A DNA stretch of 64,000 nt. Source: Anthoceros angustus (Eukaryota; Plantae; Anthocerotophyta). The stretch is from NCBI GenBank assembly GCA_010909165.1, contig MU008155.1:62001-126000 (forward strand). Reading direction: 5' to 3'. The position numbers were made by a program, and so were the translations under genes. Shown here piece after piece: positions 25,248 through 37,199 of the stretch; the stretch's first letter is position 1, and every line of letters begins with the position of its first letter. The notes under the pieces were generated by a model, which was not told the origin of the DNA, ran no database searches, and was given only the letters and a program-made list of their open reading frames with translations.

Positions 25248-28200
25248 ACGTGGTCCTCAAATCCTGAAATGCTGCCTCCCTTTCAGCTGTCCAGTTCCAC
25301 TCTTGGTCCTTCCTCAACAAGCTGGTCAAGTGAGCAGCCCTCCTAGCAAAGTTAGGCACAAAACGTCGATAATAGCCCACCATGCCGAGGTAACCCCGGA
25401 GTTCCTTGAGAGTTGTTGGAGCTTTCAGGGCAACAATCATCTTCACCTTGTCTGGATCAACTTCGATGCCTCGTGCTGAAATTCCGTGCCCCAACAAAAT
25501 TCCCTCCAGCATGCCAAAGTAGCATTTCTCCGGATGTAGGCAAAGTTGAGTTTCACGACATCTCGCCAAGCACTGCCGCAAGTGATCCAGGTGCTCCTCC
25601 ACACTCCCAAACACACAAAAATCATCTAGGAATACCTCCATGAACTTGTGGAGATACTCCTTGAAGATCTCGACCATGCTGCGCATGAAGGAACCCGGTG
25701 CTCCCGTCAATCCAAACGCACTCCTCTTGTATGCGAAGGTCCCCCAATCCGTTGTGAAAATTGTTAGAGTCCTCTCCCTCAAGTGCGGTGATTGTACCCA
25801 GTGCGTCAAGAGCAGTACACACATCTTCCGACCACCAAATCCGGGATGTTGTCGATGAATGGCGGAGGAAATGGTCCTTCTTGGTTGCTTTGTTGAGCTT
25901 CCTCCGGTCTTGGCATACTCGAATCTTTCCGGTGCTTCTTGAACCACAACGAGCCACCCACTCCGTGTTACGATTGGATAGATGGCGTCGCCTTCAAGTA
26001 CAATTCAAGCTCCTTCACCTTCGGTGAGTACTTTGGGTTCAGCTTGTATTGGGAATTCGACGGGAGTCGCTCCACGGCTCCAAATCGATCCTATGCTCCC
26101 CACTTCTTGGGAATCCCTTCATTCACCTCAAAGCAAACACGTCGATGAACTCGGAATTTGTTTCATTCCTTCCTTCTGGTTCCAGGTCGTGCAAACTTCA
26201 GCACCTTCGGCAATACCTCCACATCCTTAATCTCGTGCTTGTACCCATTCTCGCTCCACGGGTCTGAACTCTCACCAAACCCTTCCTCCGGTTCACGAGG
26301 TCCTCTTCCCTCATCCCCACTCCCTAAATAGGTCCTCGGAGGTGAATCGAATGATCTGGCTCACCCTCTTGACTGTTGTCCTCGATCGGTCCCTCCTTCG
26401 TCTTGGGGTCCCAATCCATTGGCTTAAAAGCCACTTCCTTCCTTAGTTAGCAGCGTTGCTCCTCTCCTCTGGTGCTCCTCCATGAACCAAAGCGGTCCAC
26501 CAAATTGAGGGAGTAAGGGATATCCCTCCTATACTCTTCCTCCTCATCGACCATGCGATATGTGCAAAAGGAAATTTGTCCAGTTCCCTTCTTCCTCCTC
26601 GGATGTTTCTCCGGTGATGTGTATCCTTCCGTTCTTGTAGGAGTCTCCCCAGTGGTATCCTGCTCCAACTCAAACACATTTCCTTTGTCTTGGGGTCCCA
26701 ATCCATTGGCTTAAAAGCCACTTCCTTCCTCCCCAAGTCATCTTGCATCTTGAGCCATACCGGTCCTTCCCAATAGGATGTCGTACCACAGCGCCTTGTC
26801 TTTGGATAACCACATAGTCCATGAGATAGGGAATGGTCCCTATGATGGTGGTTACTCCTTGATTCTCCCCACAGTGCATTTTTGACATGTCGGTAATCTC
26901 CTGTAGTATGCTCAATGTCAACCCAAGCTTCCTTGCTATCCCTTCCGTCATGATGTTCACCGGATCCGGTATCCAAGGGAACCCGCTTGATAGCGACGGT
27001 GATCTCCACTTGCTCCGGCCCTTGGTCTATCATGGACACTAGGTTGAGAGTCGGCACCCTTGGTCTGGCTTGGGCAATCGCCTCTTCCTCTTGGGTTGCG
27101 CTTCTTGCAAGGCCCTCGAACTTGTTGCACTTGCCGGGTTGTCCTTCAATAGTTGACCGTGATAGCAAATTGCGATCCATGATGGCTTGCAAGGTTAAAT
27201 GGTCCTCGATCGGTCCTTCTTCCCAGCGATCGCGGTTGCTCCCTTAGCAACAACGTCGGCGGTTGCTTATAGCGCCGCTGCGGTTGCTAACCGAGAGGAC
27301 TTCTGCGGTCTCGGGATCACGAGCTCGGTGATTTGTTGTCTTGGTCAATTCCTCCTCTATCATCTCCATGACTTCCGGCGCGTCCGGTGGAAACTCGGGT
27401 TTCCTCTCCCTTTTCTTTGGAACTTCTTTTCTCCCATGGCCCCAGGCGATTCACTCCTTGATTCTTCCTTCTCGGGGTTCTCCTTCTCAAGTGTCTCCTC
27501 GGATCCGTTCCCTCCGGGCTTGGAGTGCTCTCTTGGACTTTGTGGTGATTCCACCTCCGTCTCTTTCTTCTTCCATGACTTCCTCCTAGCTTTTCACTCC
27601 TAGTGCGCACCATGGCTGCAGCCTCTCCGTAGTAGTCTCCTGCACCCCAGTCCATCTAGCTCCGCAACACCATGGCTTCCGCATCCTCCCAAACCATAAG
27701 GGCATCCTCCACGTGCATGGTGCACTCCTTGGATGCTTTGAACTCATCACGGTGGTTGAGCAACAAAGATCTTCCTCGGTTTGGGCAAGTGACACTCCCG
27801 CTACATGACCACATTGTTTGCGGTCTTGCACGGTAGTTCGTAGTCACCATTGCTCTTGTTGCGATGACAGCTATTTGCATAATGACCAAAGCCCCTCTGA
27901 TTGTAGCAACCACCCGTTGCTTGGTTAGCAACCACAGGCAGTTTATTCACGAATGCCGGCCCCATGGAATTTCGCAGATCGGCGGATGGGCGGTCTTGGG
28001 AATCTTGTTGTCCTGGAAACCTCACGGATCGGTAGGTATCCTCCGGCGATCCTCTTCCTCCTCCTCGTGGCGAGCATGTGCACCTTGGCCACAGCGGTTG
28101 GACTTGGTGTGGCTGGCTGGCCACAAGTGGAACAAAAGCAGTTAGCCCGAGCCTTTGGATGCGGCTCTCCTCTTCTCATGCTCCTTCACGCGTTGAGGTG

Positions 28201-29350
28201 AAACTTCTCGAATTTGCTCATCATTTCCTCCATCTTCATTTCTTTGTTGCACCTTCTTGACTGCTGAGCCTCCTCTTGACTTGTTCCACTTCCTTCTTAG
28301 CACTAGCGACCTCTTGTTTACAGCCAGCTCCCTTGATCCTCGAGCCTCTGGTTTCTTCTTAGCGACGCCAACCTTCTTCTTCTTCCTGCGTCTCTCGTCT
28401 TAGGGGTTTCTTCCTCCGTCTGCCATCCTCAGGAAGAGTCCTCCAGTCTGAGTCTTGAGAGGAGTCACTCTCCAAGATTCTTCCTCGGACGAAGATCCCT
28501 TGTCCTTCTTCCCTCGCTTGGACTTCTTCTTCTTGCTCTTTTCCTTCTTGTGCTTCTTCTTGTCCAAGGAGTTGGATTCTTCGTAGTTGAGTGCCGCCTT
28601 GATGGCCTTGTCTCGTCCTTCTCCGCTTGCACCTCACATGTCGGCCCATCTCGGGATCTAACCCCTTAGCAACCACCGAATGGCACATCGAGTGAGGACC
28701 ACTACGATCACGCAAGTTAAGAAACCTCTCAACATAAGCTTGCAAGGTCTCCTTCCTTCTTCTCCTCAAAACTCCAACTTTGACAACACGTAGCCTTCTA
28801 CATCTATTCCCTGAACCTCTCACAAAAGGCTTTCTTGATTCGTTGAAGGTTCTCTTGATGCCTTGAGGTACTCCCTCTTGTACCACTTGGCTGGCCCCTC
28901 ATGAAGAACTCCGTAGAAGAATTTGAATCTGCAGATCCCAGTTCACGATTTGCAATGGTTAGTTGCTCAAAGCGTTCAACAAACTCGTCGGATCTTCATA
29001 CCCTTCTTCTCTCCATACGGTGGGTATGGCTGTAGTAGTTATTGCAAAAGGCGGAAGTCGCCATGACGGTCGTCACTATCCCAACAACGCGATTGTTGGT
29101 CTAGCAGGATCTCTGTAGCATACTGTCCAAAAGTTCTTTGAGTTCACGGCACAAGTTCGACGGAGGTCGGAAGACAAGGATGGGTCATCCGGTCCTAGGC
29201 GCTTCTTGGCTCCTCCCAGTCGTTGCTGCTGTGCTCTCCTCGGCTCTCGATGCGCACCCTTCGCCCTCGCTCCACGGCAGCGTTGTCTTCTTCTTGAGTC
29301 TTCTCTTCACGGTGGGTCGGAACTTTCGAGACTCAATGGGTAGCATCCAT
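25248..29350 (-). pseudogene. gag-pol: gag-pol of element B (gag, PR, RT; frameshifted)
   Basis: ORFs 25225-25947 (RT), 26443-27192 (PR region), 27801-28179 (knuckles) and 28359-28886 (gag). Confidence 0.88.
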
Positions 29351-29423
29351 GTATCACACTCAAGACTCCCAATACACTACTAGACAAGGTTAGTCTACTC
29401 TAAGGTCTTGACAACAATGACAC

Positions 29424-29437
29424 TCCCGGCAGCGCCA
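29424..29437 (-). promoter_or_regulatory. PBS of element B (tRNA-Asp-like, Athila type)
   Basis: The minus strand reads CA-ttt-TGGCGCTGCCGGGA, close to the Athila PBS TGGCGCCGTTGCCGGGGA. Confidence 0.75.
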
Positions 29438-29440
29438 AAA

Positions 29441-32400
29441 TGTGGAGTGATTTTCTAAACCAAGTGGTCACAAAGAGGCCACATTTACCCTCTTTATCGT
29501 TGTAGACTTGAGATTCGTACCCAAGGGAGTGATTTCGTGTCAAGACAACCAAAACATAGCCAATCCAACCAACACGGACACACCAAAACATCTAGCGATT
29601 CTGAGACCGGGCTACTATCCTAACAACACTCGGACACTGGCTATCTTAGCCACGCGACCTGTTGCTACCTTAGCAGACGGACCGGTTATCTTAGCAACCA
29701 CCCTCTATTTTAGCAGTGGGGTCCACCTTGGGATCAGGTCGGCTATTAATAGAAGGTGGGACCCACTTGGGGATCCAAGTGGATAAGGTTGGACACCCTC
29801 TCTCTTATCTATCCACAAAGTTAGATCCACCAATCGAGTTAGCCACGTGTCACCTTTTCCACACACTATTTATGGACAACCTAAGCCGCTAACCCTAATC
29901 TCTAAACCTAAACCTAGGACAACTCCACGTAAAGGGTTGCGGCTCACACAAACTACCCCTTCTCTTGCACTTCTTGACTTCCTTGTCTCTCCTCCGCCTT
30001 TCAGCTCACCTTCCAAGCTCCATACAGACCTCTCCAGGCTCTCACAGCCCCAAGGTGCCTCTCATGATCCTCCCACACTCTCCAAGTTTCCCCAACTCTC
30101 TTCAACTCTCCTTGTTCTCACCTCACTTTGCCCCATTCAATCTCCACTTTCACTCAGACCTCTCCAGTCCTTACAAGGTTCTCATCCAGGCCCTTACAGC
30201 ACTTCACCAACTCTCAAAATACTTGTTCAGCTACCTCCCGCAATCATTCCGTCTCATCCACTCACGGGATCTTCAACCTCCACTCACACTCTCTTCTTCA
30301 ACAACACAAACATCACTTAGACTTCTCAGTCCTTCTTACTCCTCTCAAACAGCCAATCAGCAACTCTCCATGTCCAGATTCTCCACTTCTCTCACAGTTC
30401 ACTTTTCCTCTCATTTTCCAAACACACACAGCCCCAACTCACTTGACTTTCCTTGACTTCTCCTCCACACACAGGCTCCCGCCTTGTCTTCTCCTACGAC
30501 CTCCAACACACGAAAACTCAAACACAAGGTGAGTACTAGACTAGAGAGAATGAGGAAGAGTGGACAGCCTCCCGGCCCCTTCCTCTTGACCTTGAAACTC
30601 CCTCCAAGGAGACCTCAAGGCTCCCTCCCTTGCTTTCCACCACCCTTGCGGATCACCGGATCTAGGCAACAGTGGTCTTCTTAGCTTCTCTGTGACAAAG
30701 CGGTGTCTAGACTTACCTTTGGATCAGTACCCCCAAACCCCGTGCTCATTAAACACCAAGACCTTAAACCAACATTGCTTACATTTCATCAAGAGGTGCC
30801 TCTTATAAGATCGACCCACAAAGTAGCTTGGTTGCTTGCCAAAATACCAATCGGTCTTAGCCTACCAGTCCTAGAGGCCTATCTCTTAATTACATCCACT
30901 AAGAGAAGATAAGATTCTGATCTATAGCACATGGGCCTCTGACTATTTGAGGTCACTTACCTATTATCTCTCCTAGGCCTCCTAGGCCTCCTTCCTCTCC
31001 TCTTGCTCTCCTCCCTCCTACTAGGCTCTAGTAGACTTTTCTTATTCCTAACCTACTTCACATTCCAACTCCACGATTCTCACAACTTAAACACAAACAA
31101 AAAAAAACACTCCTTTTCGGGGGTCAGTACCCATGTGGTCACCACAGGCGGCCTTCACCTCGGCGCTCTCCCTCGCGCTGCCTCGGGCGGGCCGCCCGAG
31201 ACCTACTGGGGCGCCGCTCTTCCTCTCCTCCTTGAGGAGGTTAAGGTGCCCATGGATGATGAGCAATAACGCGCCGGCGGGCGGCTTCTCGCTCCTCGGC
31301 TTCACAGCCTCTGGTTGATCTGGCGAAGATGATTCTTTCGGCCCTTTTCCTCTCTATGGCGTGGAGGAATACGACAAGTTGTCACCAAGGTGGTCCCACC
31401 TTGGTGAGCATATTCCAGATGGGACGATGATTTTGCCATAGCTACTTCCGCGCACCCGGTAGGTCCAGAGCATTAGCCATCATTGGAGGACGGCTGCGTC
31501 CCGACACTCGAAGCCCGCCCTTGCGCTTCCACCTTCCCCTTCACCTTAAGGGGCTCGGGACCACCTCCCACATCCTCCATTGGGCGGTGTAAACCGCCCT
31601 CGGGACCTCTGATCCACCTCACAGGGGTCCTCTCTCGATTCTTGGGCGGACCTCCTTGGCCACCGCCAACATCTTCGAACATATTCGGACTAGGGCGTCT
31701 TTCGAGAAGTCCGGGGACTGGAAGATATCCGGTGCCGATCCTCCGCTCCTCCGCCTCCTCCAGCCAAGGTCCGAAATCCGGGTAACATTTGGTGACGATG
31801 TTCCGTTCTACCAAGCGCCAGGGTTCCCACACCTCTGCCGCCTTCTTGGCCCCATTGCTGTGCGCCTCTTGGTCTGCTATGGTGGCTTGAGGCTCAGGAA
31901 TTCTCCTTCCTCCCTTTGCCCGCGTCGCGCCCGTTCCAGTGAGCGCCGTGGTGCGGCTCGGACGGCAGAAAGTGCGAGGCGGGGTGTCGGCGAGAGGCGC
32001 AAAAGCTGCCGCGTCGCTTGGAAGAATGACCCGTTCGGGGCCAGCGTCGGGAATGTAAGCGGGCGGCGGCGAGCTGCCGTGGCCCGGAGGCACATGCATA
32101 CTCTAGCCTTACGCCGCGCCGTCGCGTGCCTCTAGCCTTTGTTGGCGCATGTGGGCGTGAATACACGCCTATAACGGCCAGCAACCCCTACGGTCTGGTG
32201 CATGCATCCACCTCTCGGCCTTGTCACGTGGCCCCTCTTGCCAAAATATGCTCCCCGCTCCTAAGTTACTTTTCCGGGCGTACTTATCGCGATTTACTCC
32301 GGAGTGTAGTCCGGACTCACCGCGATCTACCCCAGTCACGGTCCCGCGCCTCGGCCCCTCAGGAGTTCGGTCCAGTCCCTGCCTACTCGGGCGGGGTGGG

Positions 32401-32482
32401 AGTCATCATCTACTTGAGTGTGGTCCGAAGCCAACTTATTACCCATCCTGGCCTTATTCCCTGTCTTATTTCTCACTCCACA
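29441..32482 (-). repeat. ~3 kb 5' LTR of element B
   Basis: Perfect 10-bp terminal inverted repeat TGTGGAGTGA (29441-29450) / TCACTCCACA (32473-32482), abutting the PBS. The same terminus occurs at 53654. Confidence 0.75.
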
Positions 32483-35300
32483 ACCAAAAACAAAAAAAAC
32501 TAGCCCATTACCTTTCTACAGAGGAGAGCCTACGGTCCACAGCAAGTCCAATGGAATGTAAGCAATGCGTTATCCTCTAGTCCTCCAATCAGGGCAAAAG
32601 GCAGCTTGCTCAATCCAGTTATCCACGACACACAGTGGAAAGCAGAACTCTGTCCCAAGGAGTATGTCGTAGTTGATTCTTTGTTGTGACAAGGCAATGA
32701 AAGCCAATGTCATAGCACGATAAAGTTGCAAGGGGTGAATATATACGAAGGTTTCATACAATATCGCCAAAGGGGTTTGCAATGGGTTGGGAAAGCGATT
32801 GGTTCACGAAAATGTAAATTTCCCACTCAAAGTAAGGTGTGCACCCAAGGGACGCATCGCTTTCATGGACCCTTGATCTGCGTGCATGGTATTAGGAAAG
32901 AGACACATGAAAATGTCGAAATAGAGCCCATGAACTTCCCCATTCCGGGTCAATCTTACAAAGATTTGGTCATTTAGGAAGATGACACCATTGGGCCTCA
33001 AACCCTATGCACCATGTCCCCCGTGGCAAACTTGAGAGGGTATGAAATGACACGGAAAGGGTGGTAGAAATCATCCCTATTTATGCAACTTTCACATTTC
33101 TCGAACATGATTACTGTTGGGGTCGGCGCCCGGCACGTGCGTATACGACATTGTACCCACGGCTTGGATTGATAGTCTCTACTATTGGCATAAAGGATTC
33201 GGGCGCGCTTGGGGCCAAATCACGTCATGCCCACCACCGGTGGACCATGATCACCATGAAGAATCATGTATGGACGGAATGCATGTGTGTGAAATAGTTC
33301 AAGCTGTAGCTGACCCTCCTTTTCATGTGCATCTTTCGGAAGCTTACAGGAACAAGTGTTAGGTGGAGCGGACCTTCAAGCGGAACAATCCTTCCAAGAC
33401 ATACAATCTCGAACAATCTTTGCGTTACATTCATGTGTCATACTTCCAACCGTGGTTTCAATCATGAACGCAATTATCGAAGATTTATGTTTAGGGTTGT
33501 TGCGAAATGAAAGAGTGACCCAGGTGGTGTAACATATGAAAGACAAGAAAGCGATCGCCCACTCGATGCATAGGTTTTTCATGATTCCCTTCTAGAACAA
33601 CAGCCATAAACAAAGACAATGTCGAAGTCATGTTCACCCTAAGGTTCTTCCGATTACAGTTTAGTCATCATCCATGTTGTCAATATCCGCCTCCTCCTCG
33701 CTATTATCGACACATCTTCCTTTGGTGGTTCAATGAAGCCGCGTATCTCGCTTAGCTTCTCCTTTATAGCCCTTTTGTCGTACGTCTTCCGTAGTAAGGT
33801 TGAAACCATAGTACAATATTCTTGTATCATTGATGTGAATCTCTTGTATGTTTTTGGGGAACACGGTCTTTGACCCTTGCCTTGATGACTTCTCCCCGAT
33901 GCTTGGGCCTTGTCCGGACGATGTACTCCTCAACATATCGCCTTCAAAGCGTCGTATGTTAGTCACATCCGTGGACCCGGACTCGGTCGTAAAGCATCAT
34001 GTTCACTTCCACCACTCTTCCTATCCAAAAGATGCATTGTGCGTGTCAGTCAAGCATGGAATTGCGATGAACATTCCATTTCAATCTCGACACATCGCCA
34101 TTCGATCGCTCCATTTCTTGCTTTGTCGAGCCACTTGGTAAGCCCCTAAGTACATATCACGCCATGGAAGCTCCTCAATAATGCTTCGTCAAGGGGTTTC
34201 ATTGGTAGCGCAAAGGTCTTGTCTTCAACGTCCGACCTAGAAAACCATTTCCGTGGCTTTTGGGCGCCGAGGCCAATGTTGTTCTCCACGATAACCGCAA
34301 TCTCATGGTCCTCCCGGAAGGCCTCCCACCACAAATGTTCATCTGCGGCAATATATGCACGCATAAGCGGAGAAACCCTTCTTTAAGATGGGCCACACCC
34401 TCTGTTGCCTTTAAACACGGAAGTGAGCCCTTTTGTCCCTAGACGCGGTGCTAGGAGGTGATCTTTGTGATGTCATTAGGCAGACGAACTTCAAGAACTC
34501 CAAGCCTCCTTGATCTCCCATAGCGGAGATGTCGAATATTGCTTGCTTGAATAAGTGACTAGACCTCGCCCGCCTTGTCCTCCCGTGTTATCTTAAGCGG
34601 TGTTGGAGCGAAAGGTTATTATTCGGTTTGCATGTACGATAGCCGACCATCTCCTCTTCGATGGGCCACATATGACTGAAGTCCGGACCTCGGTGAGAAT
34701 TTTCACTGCGAGTTGGTGTGTATGCTTTTCGAGAATATCGGATAGCGTGCAATGTGTGCGCTTCCTTGTGTTCGGCTTTTGAGCCGTGAAAACATCAATC
34801 TGTCGTGTGTGCCCCACTAGCGGAAGCCCACCTTCACCTTCCGAAATGTACCCATATCTACTAACATATTCGATATGCAAAAGAAGTTGATTTTTGTTCT
34901 CTCGACAAGTATTGTCCAAGCAAGTACAAGACTTTAGGCAATATCCTTCATAATTGCGAACATCTTGGATGATGCATATCGTTAGATTTGCATCGTTCGA
35001 AGGTTTGCATAGTGCAAATATCTTTCGCTTTATATGTATAGTTATGAACCATGCAGCCCACCACATGTACGACTATGCGGCACTCCTCATAAATTCTTTG
35101 GCCACGTAAAAATGTGGGATCTCCGTTTTCTTTTGGTCCATCCATCAATAGCGAGTAACATGTACTTGTGGGGCTCAGCTTTTAGGTGTTTGGCCATTTT
35201 GGCACGCGATAACCGCTGATGTGCCTCAAGCGCATGTTGATATTTCTCCGCACCAAACAATGCGTTTCTTTAGCATCTACAAGCCGCCCTTGGTACAATC
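32483..35300 (-). mobile_element. Degenerate retroelement C: gag-like and aspartic-protease-like remnants
   Basis: gag-like LWWEAFREDHEIAVIVENN...RKWFS (34146-34364). Protease-like NGVIFLNDQIFVRLTRNGEV and INYDILLGTEFCFPLCVVDNWIEQAAFCPDW (32570-33001). Many stops. Cut by the B LTR. Confidence 0.6.
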
Positions 35301-35428
35301 AACTTAGAAGGGGAGGGGAGGCGCGGCCGGCGGCGCCTCTCTCCCTCTCATTACTCTCCTCTCAATATGTGTGCAGGAGTGGGAGGCGCCGGCCGGCCGC
35401 CTCCTCCTCTCACCATTCCTTAACCTAA

Positions 35429-35495
35429 ATGTCAAGATAGCCATAGTTGGGGAGGCGGCCGGCCGCCTGCTCCCCAACTATGGCTATCTTGACAT
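35429..35495. repeat. 67-bp near-perfect palindrome with a GGCCGGCC centre
   Basis: atgtcaagatagccatagttggggag...ctccccaactatggctatcttgacat (26-bp perfect outer arms). Confidence 0.92.
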
Positions 35496-35714
35496 CCGCC
35501 ACATAGCCAACGAGAATAGGGAAGGGAATGGGTGGGAAGGGATGCCATACCTTGATCCAACCTTTGAAAAAGTGTTCCGAATGGTTGCCTTTAACCTTGA
35601 CATATCGCACATGTAATCTGGACTTAGGTATCTCTAACACCCTTCATACAGTGCACCTTCCAGCCTTAGAAACCGGGCATATGTAATAGCCCTTGTTTGA
35701 CCTGCCTTCCATGG

Positions 35715-35993
35715 TGTTAAGGGTATTAGTGCAATGTACTTAGACTAATACACTTAGTCTAAGTTAGGTGTCGATTAAGTATCATTGGTTAGCAAAAGCT
35801 AATCACTAGGAAGCTTCTTATGTGCTCCTTCCTTAGGAGCTTCTTGTGGAGCTTCAGTTTTATTGGGCATAATGGAGAGTATAAATACCCTCCAAGCCTC
35901 ATCTCAATGGGAGAGCCTACACTTGCCTCCTCCTCTCTCTCCTCACTCTTCCACACGGCGCGCCCAGCCCCACGATCCTCTTTTTCAAGCCCC
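35715..35993 (+). repeat. copia-type LTR (5'-like), followed by a degenerate PBS ggtatcgagcc (35994-36004)
   Basis: TG start and a TATAAATA box. Inverted homologue of 37200-37410. Confidence 0.65.
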
Positions 35994-37199
35994 GGTATCG
36001 AGCCATGGTTTGGGTGTGCTAGATGCTAGACTTTTCTAGCTGCGGTGGCTGTGACCATTTCGTGGAGCTGCAGGTGATCCGGATCGCGCGGCGGAGGCTG
36101 CATGCGAGCCGCCCAGCAGCATGCCGCGGGCGGGATGAGGCCCGTGGCGAGTGCAAGACCCCGCGACAGCGCGGGCGGGCGGGCACGGCGGCCAGGCCCG
36201 TCGGATGGGACAGGCGGCCCAGCCGCCCGGGGCGCATGGGCTGGAGCCACGCGGGCCGGCGAAATTGCCGAGCCACAGCGAGAGCGCGGACGCCGCCGCC
36301 CGAGCCGCGAGGCTGGCGGAGGCGCTGCTGGAGCAAGCAGCGAGCTGCCTTGAGCCAGCCCGCTGCGGCGCGCCGACAATACGCCAGCACCCGCCCGAGG
36401 CTTTCGCGGGCGCCAGCCACGGGGCCTTGCAGGGCACCACCCGGCCACGGGCGCGGCGCCGGCCGCCAACAGGCCCGCGAGGCGCTTCAGGCGCCGGCCA
36501 GCAGAGCGCGGGCGCTTCAGGCGCCAGCCGCTGGGACCGGCCGGGGAGCGGTGGCGCCGGCCCAGCGAGGCCCGCCAAGCCCATGGTACAGAACGCGCAA
36601 GCCCCATGGCCCGCAGGCGGCCTCGCCCGAAGGCTCCGCCATAAGCCCGCGAAGCGCGCGGCGCGCCGAAGCCCGCGAACCCGCCAGGCCAGCGCGGCCG
36701 CCTGGGAAACGCCCAGCCTTGGCCCCTTGTGAACCCAGCAGGCCATGCAGACCATGGGCAGAGACCACAGAGATCGTGGCGCCGTAGCGCGCGCAGAACC
36801 CGTGACGCGTGGCGCCGCCAGGCAGAGGCGCAGGGCCAGACGCTCAGCGTGGCGCCGGGCGCGCATTTGCACCGCAGCAGCGCCGCTGCGCTTACCTTGG
36901 CCTTATGAGCAGACGGGGCAGCGCCACGCCCTTCGCAGCGCCATAGTCGCTAGGCACCCGCGCCCGCTTGGCCGTCACGGGTGCGGCCCCGTGGGCCGGG
37001 GAGCGCCGCTGACTCTGTAGTCGTCTTTGGCGCACAATTTGTGTGTAGAGGCCGCAGCCCGGCGGTGGCTGCAGCGGCGCGCAGTAGCAGTGACAGCAGG
37101 GCCAGCTGAGGCGGTGCCGGGCGTAGGCGGCCCGGCCTGAGGAGTTGCGCATGCCGAATGCCGCAAGGAGTGGCGAGAAAAATTAATCCCGAGCGATTC

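Larger units (their letters stand above)
25248..32482 (-). mobile_element. Ty3/gypsy retrotransposon B (Athila-like), 5' half, interrupted in RT by copia E
   Basis: 5' LTR at 29441-32482 and a tRNA-Asp-type PBS. gag knuckles (FCSTCGQP, CYNQRGFGHYANSC), PR RVPLDTGSG, RT FTTDWGTFAYKR...HKFMEVFLDDF...LGMVGYYRRFV. Confidence 0.92.

Noticed and set aside
29889-29915. aaccctaa/acctaaa motifs as interstitial telomere repeats
   Set aside because: Only isolated telo-box-like units are present, with no array.
29847-30532. Ser/Leu/Pro-rich plus-strand ORFs
   Set aside because: These are the pyrimidine-rich antisense strand of the B LTR; a compositional artefact.
32483-35300. A DNA methyltransferase coding region inside the window
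   Set aside because: I looked for FxGxG, PCQ and ENV motifs by eye and found none. Its presence is only predicted outside the window.
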